Below, in pieces: positions 56,603-64,000 of a stretch of DNA of 64,000 bases. Every line of letters begins with the position of its first letter. Position 1 is the first letter of the stretch. Both the position numbers and the translations under genes were made by a program. This DNA comes from Sedimentisphaerales bacterium. Its GTDB lineage: Bacteria; Planctomycetota; Phycisphaerae; Sedimentisphaerales; SM23-30. Location: the NCBI GenBank assembly GCA_963666285.1, contig OY762711.1; one strand, written 5' to 3'. Below the pieces are notes generated by a model. The model ran no database searches. It had not been told where the DNA came from and was given only the letters and a program-made list of their open reading frames with translations.

Positions 56603-56783
56603 TGTTTTTCATAAATCTTCTAATCGTTTGATTAGATCCTCAAATGAATTGGCCTTATTTCTCGTAATTGAGGCCAATTCATATATTTAATTTTGGTTAT
56701 CTAGGGTATTTTTATCTTAGGTGTTTCTAGTGTGATATTTGTTTTTGTTTTAATTAATTCTATTTTCCAAGGAGAAAAGAAAA

Positions 56784-57470
56784 ATGAAAAAGTTTGTACA
56801 ATTTCTAATGATTTTTGTAATGATGGTCGGTAGTAGTTATGCAGCACCGATTGATATCGTTAATGGCGATTTCGAGACTGGTGCAGACAATGATGCTCCT
56901 TCCGGTTGGACCGACACCTCTTCTTCTATCAGCTTTTGGCTGGGGATGGCTGATGAGACAGGAAACCCTACCCAGACTGAATGGGATGCTGCTCCTGCTT
57001 CTCTGGGGGCGTTTATCCTTACCACAGCACGTCAGTCTGCCGGAGTAGGGTCACAGCCTATTGACGGTCAATTAACTCAGGTAGTGGACTTATCTTCGTT
57101 TGCAGCTGATATTGCTGCCGGTGACCAGGTCTTGAACGTTGATTTTGTCTGGGCCAGTGATGACTCACGTGATACCGGTGCTTTCAGTCTGATTTTCTTT
57201 GACGCTGATAACAACCAGCTTGGCGATGGTTACAGTGTCGCTTTAGATGATGGCGATGGTTATTCTTTTACCGGATGGATTGAAGAAACTGTTGGCGGGC
57301 TGGTACCTGTTGCCGCACAAAGTGTTATGCTGCAGATTGATACCACCAGAACCGGCGGTTCTGAAACCAATATCTGGATTGATAATATCTCAGGTAATAT
57401 TGCAGTTCCGGAACCTTCTACCATGATTCTTTTGGGGCTTGGCGGTCTCGTTCTAAAACGTCGTAAATAA
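56784..57470 (+). CDS. PEP-CTERM sorting domain protein
   Basis: Signal peptide; NGDFETG; C-terminal VPEPSTMILLGLGGLVLKRRK. Confidence 0.93.
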   Translation: MKKFVQFLMIFVMMVGSSYAAPIDIVNGDFETGADNDAPSGWTDTSSSISFWLGMADETGNPTQTEWDAAPASLGAFILTTARQSAGVGSQPIDGQLTQVVDLSSFAADIAAGDQVLNVDFVWASDDSRDTGAFSLIFFDADNNQLGDGYSVALDDGDGYSFTGWIEETVGGLVPVAAQSVMLQIDTTRTGGSETNIWIDNISGNIAVPEPSTMILLGLGGLVLKRRK

Positions 57471-57705
57471 GTATTTGCTTACGTGTCCGGCCTCATTTTC
57501 TTAGGAGATGGGGCTGGGCATTTATAAATCTTACTTGTTTGCCATATTGATCAAAAATAGAGCTTATAATGAATAAATAAGTATCATAATTCATTTATTT
57601 TTTACCTGTCTTCTGCTGCTGTTTACTCCTGCCATATTACTGTGTTCAATTTTTGATTGTCTTATTGAATTGCAGTCTGATAGATTCCTTTGAGAGAGGT
57701 TTATT

Positions 57706-60700
57706 ATGAGAAAGTATGTTAACATAATCGCAATTATCATAGTGCTTTGCATTTTAGACAACGTTTCTGCCGTGCTGCCGGTGACAAGTAGCCTGGTAAT
57801 TCATCTTGATGCTGGAGATCTTACTGGACTAAGCGATGGCGAAACAGTCAGTACCTGGCAGGATGCATCTGGTGTCGGCAATGATGCTATTCAGCTGAAT
57901 GCGGTTAATATGCCTATATATATTGCTGAATCTGATGCATTTAATAGTAATCCATGCGTTTGGTTCGATGGATCTGATGACTGGTTGTCATTACCGTCTC
58001 CTGCTCCATTCAACGTTGGCTCGGTAACAATGTTTGCGGTTGCAAATTATAATTCTTATGTCTCAAACGATCAATATATTGTCGCAGCTCAGGATGGCAG
58101 TGGCAATGACCGCATGCGTTTCGCCTGTAATAGCGACAACAGCTTCGAGTATCGTATTGGCAGTACCGGCTATAAGGCCATAAATACCGGGCCCGGTAAT
58201 GCCGATCTGAATGTCCACATTTTCGAAATCAATTCATCTGCTGAAGGGTTCCTTGATGGTGCTAGTGTCAATATTGCATTAAATACATCTACTGAGACTC
58301 CTGTTGCATTAAATATCGGCTCATACAACTTTGGTCAGAAAGACTTTTTCGCAGGCAACCTGGCAGAACTGATTATTTTTAGTCGAGTATTAGATGATGA
58401 TGAACGAAATGCTGTTGGCGAATACCTGGCGATAAAATACGTCTTGGATACCGAATACGGCGGCGATTACTTACAGGTATTCTCACCGCAGCCTGCTGAT
58501 GATGCTGTTAATATTTCTATTGAAACCGAGCTTAGCTTCCAGGTGCCTGATTCACTGCAGGAACCGCTATTCAATATATATCTTGGCACTTCGGTTGACA
58601 ATCTTCTGCTGGTTTCTGAACTACAGTCAGAATCCGTCTTCAAACCGTATCAGTCAGCTCTCCTGCTAAATGGGCAAAAATATTACTGGCGTGTTGATAT
58701 TGCCGGTCAGGGCCCAGGCAATATATGGAGCTTTTCTACCGTTCCGGAGGCTTTAGCCTCTCTCGATGCGGATATTAATGAAGATGGTTATGTCAATATG
58801 CTGGACTTGAACCAGTTATGTGAAGCTTGGCTTTCACATGAACTTATTTATGACAGTGTTATGGCTGATATGACTGATTTTGCCTGTATCAGCTCAATGT
58901 GGGAAAAAAATGGACCGGTCCCAGGCAGCTATGTTGTTTCGCGGGCCCGGGCAGAAGATTTTGTTATCAAATATGGTAGTGAAATTGCCTCTATTTATGT
59001 CGATGCCGATGATTTCGCGGTATGCCGAATTGCTGCTAACTGTCTCGCTGACGATATACAGGCTGTTTGCGGCATCAGGCCTGAGATTGTCAATGATATT
59101 AGCGGGCTCAACGGTAATGTTATCTTTATTGGCACTATTGGCCACAGCTCAGTTATTGATAGCATGGTCGCATCTTCTGTTATAGACATTACGGATACAT
59201 CTGGCAGTTGGGAAACTTTCGCTCTTGAGGTTGTCGATCAGCCAATAGCCACTGTTGACAAGGGACTCGTTATCTCAGGCAGCGATCGGCGTGGTACTGC
59301 CTATGGCGTTTTTGATCTATCCGAAAAAATGGGCGTTTCTCCCTGGTTCTGGTGGGCTGATGTACCGGTTAAGTATCGGGACTCAATTATCGTACGTAAC
59401 GGCAGATACAAGCAGGGGCCGCCATCGGTCAAATATCGCGGTATTTTCATAAATGATGAAGATTGGGGCATACATCCCTGGGCTAAAAACACTTTCTCGC
59501 CCGAAGATGGCTATATCGGCCCCAAGGCCTATGAAAAGATATTCGAGCTCCTATTGCGTCTAAAGGCCAACCATATCTGGCCTGCCATGCATTCTTGTAC
59601 CAAAGCATTCAACGCCTTTGATGAAAATAAGTATATTGCTGACGATTACGGCATCGTTATGGGTTCTTCCCATTGTGAGCAGATGCTCCGCAACAACGTT
59701 TGGGAATGGTCACGCTGGACCCCTGACAGTGGTTCTCAAGGCAGCTGGGACTGGTGTACAAACAGCAGCCAGATCGTTGAATACTGGCAGGATCGGGTCG
59801 AGGTTAATGCTCTGTTTGAAAATATCTTTTCTACTGGCATGCGTGGCATACACGATGGCTCTATGCCTTGTTCTGGTGCAACCAGTGCCCAGAAAGTACA
59901 GAAAATGGAAGATGAAGTCTTCCCGGCCCAGCAACAGATTATATCTCAATTTGTGAACGTAGATTATTCTTCTGTCCCTCAGGTATTCTGCCCGTACAAA
60001 GAGGTATTAGACCTCTATGACATGGATATGCAGGTTCCTGAGCATATGACTCTTCTCTGGCCCGATGACAACCACGGCTACATCAGGCGACTGTCTAATA
60101 CCTCCGAACAAAGCCGTAGCGGCAGGGCGGGTGTCTATTATCATATGTCATACTGGGGTTCACCGCATGACTATCTCTGGCTCTGCTCCACTGGTCCGGG
60201 TCTTATCTGGGAAGAAATGAAAAAAGCATACGATTATGGCGCAGATCAGGTATGGGTCTTTAATGTCGGCGATATCAAACCTGCTGAGATTAGTATGGAA
60301 TTTGCCCTGCGTTTAGCATGGGATGTCAGCTGCTGGGACAATACCAACCTGCGGGAATATCTGGAATACTGGGCTTGGCGTGAATTCGGTCCCGACCATA
60401 AAGCCCAGATTGCTGATATACTTATCGAGTATTATAGGCTGGGTTTAACCAGGAAACCGGAACATATGACTTCCAGTGGTGCCGGATTCAGCATGGTTAA
60501 TTATAACGACGAAGTTCAGTTGCGTATTGACGCATATAAGCAGCTGGACAGCAGGGCGGACGCCATATACCGGTCATTGCCTGTCATTTACAAAGATGCC
60601 TTCTATCAGCTTGTCTTATATCCTGTCCGCGGCGCCAATCTTATGAACCAGAAGATTCTATACGCCCAGAAGAGTATTACTTATGCTTCACAGGGCAGAG

Positions 60701-62340
60701 TCAGTGCCAATGAATATGCCCGGATGGCCCAGTCGGCATACGATCAGATCAAAACTGAAACTGATATCTATAATACTGTCATTTCCGGCGGTAAATGGAA
60801 CAATATGATGAGTTATAACCCTCGCAGCTTATCCGTATTTGATATGCCGGCAACAGGTTCCGTTGAACCGGTAAGCGGTGCGGCTATGGGTGCGGTCCTC
60901 GAAGGACAGTATACTGATATTGCCGCCTCAACAGGTACTGATGAGCCTTTTAACGACGATTTCTCAGATGGCAATGCCGATGGCTGGCTCACACTTAATT
61001 CTGACAGGTGGGAAGTTCGATCAAACGGTTCCATTATGGAATATGCCATTAATACTTCGGATTATTCCAACCTCTCAGGAGATCGCCTCGGCGAAATGGC
61101 CATGATCGAAGATTACAGCTTCGATAACTTTAATTTCACTTGCCGGCTTCGCACTGCCGATGATCTTTCATCCAATAGCTCTGCGGATCTTGCTGTTATC
61201 TTTGGCTATGTAGATGAATACAACTATAACTACCTGATTTTAACGACTAATTCCTCAAATTCCGCGTTATACCGTGTCCAGAACGGATCTCGTGTATTAG
61301 TCCAGTCACTGAATATCGGTATCCCTGACAATAGTTTCTACCCTGTTGAAATTGAAAAAACTTCTACAGAGTTATCTATAATATATCGCGGCCAGACCAT
61401 ACTCTCAACTAGCCAGCAGTTTAATCGCGGCATGATCGGACTCGGCTCCTATAATGATTCCGCGGCTTTTACCGATATAAATATCACTCCGCTCGAAGGA
61501 GCATCTGGTAACTCGTTACCTTGCTTTGATGTTTATACTGCCGGTTCTCATTTTATTGATATCTTCAACAAGGGAGATATCCCTTTAAGCTGGTCCGCCG
61601 TTCCTTCTGAATCATGGATACTTTTGGATTCTTCTGCTGGCACAATAGCTTCTGACCAGCGAATATGGGTCAGTATCGACTGGCAGAATGTTCCTTTCGG
61701 CAGTAGTAATGCATCTATCGATATTGCTGGTGCCGGGTCAAGTTTTGCTGTCGGGATTGAAGTTTTTAACCCGCAATCTCCTCGTCCGAATGATATTAGT
61801 GGCTTTGTCAGCTCAGATGGCTGTGTGAGTATCGAAGCCGAACATTTTTCTAATACGACTGCCGGAAATAACGTCTCTTGGGAACTGATCTCCACTCTGG
61901 GCACTTCAGGCGATACAATGACCGTTCTGCCTTTTACCGCTGCAAGTCACACGGAAATATCCGACATTATCGCCAATAGCCCGGTTCTCGAATATGATGT
62001 CTATCTATGGGAAACTGGCACTCTGCCGGTTACCGTTTTGTGTCTGCCTACGCACGCTGCTACTGATGAACGAGGATTACGTTATGCTGTCTCATTCGAT
62101 GATCAGCAGCCTCAGATTGTTGAATTTGATACTGCTGAATGGAGCTCTCAGTGGTCCCTGAACGTTCTTCAGGGTGCCGCCATTACCCAAAGCGAACATC
62201 AGGTTCAATCTGCAGGCAGCCATAAACTCAAAATTTGGATGGTCGATCCCGGCGTGGTACTTGACAAGATCATTATCGGTGACTACAAAACCAGTCGCCT
62301 TGGCCCTCATGAAACCGCTGTAATTTCTACTAATCCATAA
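57706..62340 (+). CDS. Modular GH115 alpha-glucuronidase-like glycoside hydrolase with LamG-like, dockerin-like and lectin-like domains
   Basis: GSDRRGTAYG, GVSPWFWWADVP, PSVKYRGIFINDEDWG, LLRLKANHIWPAMH, GSSHCE, WPDDNHGY, GVYYH, NVGDIKP; C-terminal KIWMVDPGVVLDKI. Confidence 0.93.
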   Translation: MRKYVNIIAIIIVLCILDNVSAVLPVTSSLVIHLDAGDLTGLSDGETVSTWQDASGVGNDAIQLNAVNMPIYIAESDAFNSNPCVWFDGSDDWLSLPSPAPFNVGSVTMFAVANYNSYVSNDQYIVAAQDGSGNDRMRFACNSDNSFEYRIGSTGYKAINTGPGNADLNVHIFEINSSAEGFLDGASVNIALNTSTETPVALNIGSYNFGQKDFFAGNLAELIIFSRVLDDDERNAVGEYLAIKYVLDTEYGGDYLQVFSPQPADDAVNISIETELSFQVPDSLQEPLFNIYLGTSVDNLLLVSELQSESVFKPYQSALLLNGQKYYWRVDIAGQGPGNIWSFSTVPEALASLDADINEDGYVNMLDLNQLCEAWLSHELIYDSVMADMTDFACISSMWEKNGPVPGSYVVSRARAEDFVIKYGSEIASIYVDADDFAVCRIAANCLADDIQAVCGIRPEIVNDISGLNGNVIFIGTIGHSSVIDSMVASSVIDITDTSGSWETFALEVVDQPIATVDKGLVISGSDRRGTAYGVFDLSEKMGVSPWFWWADVPVKYRDSIIVRNGRYKQGPPSVKYRGIFINDEDWGIHPWAKNTFSPEDGYIGPKAYEKIFELLLRLKANHIWPAMHSCTKAFNAFDENKYIADDYGIVMGSSHCEQMLRNNVWEWSRWTPDSGSQGSWDWCTNSSQIVEYWQDRVEVNALFENIFSTGMRGIHDGSMPCSGATSAQKVQKMEDEVFPAQQQIISQFVNVDYSSVPQVFCPYKEVLDLYDMDMQVPEHMTLLWPDDNHGYIRRLSNTSEQSRSGRAGVYYHMSYWGSPHDYLWLCSTGPGLIWEEMKKAYDYGADQVWVFNVGDIKPAEISMEFALRLAWDVSCWDNTNLREYLEYWAWREFGPDHKAQIADILIEYYRLGLTRKPEHMTSSGAGFSMVNYNDEVQLRIDAYKQLDSRADAIYRSLPVIYKDAFYQLVLYPVRGANLMNQKILYAQKSITYASQGRVSANEYARMAQSAYDQIKTETDIYNTVISGGKWNNMMSYNPRSLSVFDMPATGSVEPVSGAAMGAVLEGQYTDIAASTGTDEPFNDDFSDGNADGWLTLNSDRWEVRSNGSIMEYAINTSDYSNLSGDRLGEMAMIEDYSFDNFNFTCRLRTADDLSSNSSADLAVIFGYVDEYNYNYLILTTNSSNSALYRVQNGSRVLVQSLNIGIPDNSFYPVEIEKTSTELSIIYRGQTILSTSQQFNRGMIGLGSYNDSAAFTDINITPLEGASGNSLPCFDVYTAGSHFIDIFNKGDIPLSWSAVPSESWILLDSSAGTIASDQRIWVSIDWQNVPFGSSNASIDIAGAGSSFAVGIEVFNPQSPRPNDISGFVSSDGCVSIEAEHFSNTTAGNNVSWELISTLGTSGDTMTVLPFTAASHTEISDIIANSPVLEYDVYLWETGTLPVTVLCLPTHAATDERGLRYAVSFDDQQPQIVEFDTAEWSSQWSLNVLQGAAITQSEHQVQSAGSHKLKIWMVDPGVVLDKIIIGDYKTSRLGPHETAVISTNP

Positions 62341-62539
62341 TTTCTGCCAGCTATCTCTTTGCTGATAATCATCTACCTCCCAAAATACGATTATCTGCAA
62401 AGAGATAGTTTTATGGAACTTAACTCTATGTCCAGTAATGCGTTATGTTGTGACTTGGTCCAATGTTTGTTTCTGACTCTTTGCTAATTCCGCTTTCAAT
62501 CTCATTGACAATTACCTGTTTTGTCATTAACATTAAGCC

Positions 62540-62607
62540 ATACCTTCACATCGTTGGAATATTCCAATGATGTGCCAGAGTGCGAAGCACGTATTTCCTG
62601 TTTGCTG
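62540..62607. repeat. REP/MITE-like element with a 28-bp palindrome (copy 1)
   Basis: ATACCTT-CACATCGTTGGAATATTCCAATGATGTG-CCAGAGTGCGAAGCACGTATTT; near-identical to 63162-63229. Confidence 0.85.
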
Positions 62608-63161
62608 GCCGCTGTTCGCTCGTAGCTGATTGCCTGTTCTACTATCATTTGTTCTAATTTTAAACAAGCCGTGAGCCGTTAGGCGAACACCTTAATTTTT
62701 CACTTTTAATTATTCATTTTTCATTTAGCGTAGCTCGTTGCTGTTTAGCTGTTTTCTGCCTACCGTGTTTGTCTGTGTTTGTCCGTGTCAGTCAGTGCTA
62801 TATTTAAAATGATATTTTGCAAATCTTGCCAGCTTTCCCTTCTCTCTTCTCGCTTCTTTCTTCTAACTCTTCTCATCCTTCAGGTGCCGCAATTTTGATT
62901 AAACTTTACCTATGCGTCAGCCTTAAAACAAGTCGTGAGCCGCAGCGAATTATTCCTGATGTCAACGTACATCAGGACACCTCCTTTACACTTTGATGCC
63001 GCTTCGCGGCATCTGGTCCGCCCACAAACCAAAAATAACAACTTACAACAAATCACGTAAATTTCTCAGCCCACCGCACTACCTCCGAGACCTGCCCGGT
63101 CAACTTCGCTAACCGCCTTCACTTTCGCTTCAACACATAAAAATAGCATCGCCGCTAGGCG

Positions 63162-63229
63162 ATACCTTCACATCATTGGAATATTCCAATGATGTGCCAG
63201 AGTGCGAAGCACGTATTTTCTGTTAGCTG
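63162..63229. repeat. REP/MITE-like element with a perfect 28-bp palindrome (copy 2)
   Basis: CACATCATTGGAAT|ATTCCAATGATGTG at 63169-63196. Confidence 0.85.
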
Positions 63230-64000
63230 ATTGCTGATAGCTCGTTGCTATTCCCTGCTCACCTGTTCTAATTTCTAACGACCTTCGGTCGTTCGCGCAG
63301 CACGTACTTCCTCTTAACTGACCGCTGGTTGCTGGTCGCTGGCAACTCGCTGCTGACAGCTCTCTTGATTTTATATACTTCATCCTTTATACTTCAGAAA
63401 CGCTTTCCATTTCTTTCTTTATCAGTGTGCATCGGTGTTCATCAGTGGTTCTCTTTTTTTTAAGGCGCCAGCCGCTTAAAATAAGCCGTCCGCGAAGCGG
63501 ACACCTCAACTCTTACCTCTTACCTCTTACTTTTTACCTGCCTTCCCATCTCCGCTTCGTCCCCGTCCGTATACCGCCGCACCCATTCAACGTTCCGCCG
63601 TATACTGCCCGCGGCCCGCAATTCGCCGCCGCTCAAATCCATTTGCCTTTTCACCGCCGTCAACCCGCCGCGATGACTCGTATACATGCCGCACACCTCC
63701 CGTTACCCATCAATTAGCCGCGAGCGATAGCGAGCAACCTTCCCTGGCACCTGAAACCAGATCCCTGACCCCTGATTTTCTCGAAAAAATCACCGCGTTT
63801 TTACAACCACCAAAACACGAAAATCCAAAATCTTAAAAATTATTATCCACTTTCCCTCCAACGCCTTACAAACTTCCAAGCCAACCATCCCACCCAAAAA
63901 ATCAGCGCACTTTTGACATACCGTCCAACAGTAGAGAGCCGACAAAAAATGAGAACCAGCAAAAATCAGCTCTCTCTAAAACATAACAACGACGAAAACT

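Noticed and set aside
1223..62400. Numerous 60-185-aa ORFs nested in or antisense to long genes
   Set aside because: Shadow frames of well-supported CDSs with no independent evidence.
63168..63717. ORFs 63168-63383 (-) and 63427-63717 (+)
   Set aside because: They translate repeat and hairpin DNA and show no protein-like features.

Overview
Most of the window (727-40241) is a ~39.5-kb AT-rich, HK97/lambda-like siphoviral prophage bounded by a 29-bp direct repeat of a tRNA-Arg(ACG) 3' end. The left copy lies in a tRNA fragment lacking its 5' half, so the prophage probably sits in tandem behind a second island that runs off the left edge. Two IS701-like elements split the terminase large subunit and a beta-helix protein, so the prophage is probably defective. 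Its most striking content is a candidate virion O-glycosylation system: a ~1230-aa protein with a polypeptide-GalNAc-transferase-like domain, three GT2 domains and a methyltransferase; a DUF616 glycosyltransferase; a Cst-II/Maf-like transferase; and Ser/Thr-rich structural proteins as plausible acceptors. It also carries host-type surface proteins (PEP-CTERM, dockerin-like), a papain-like protease where an endolysin is expected, and no recognisable repressor. The host DNA (40.3-64 kb) looks like a Phycisphaerae/Sedimentisphaerales-type planctomycete (inferred from gene types). It holds a VTC polyphosphate polymerase-DUF4956-HlyD-TolC operon next to a giant secreted CotH kinase (candidate polyphosphate export and surface phosphorylation system), an ECF sigma/FecR locus with a modular GH115, and a repeat-rich intergenic tail. 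All family calls come from motifs recognised by eye; no searches were run.
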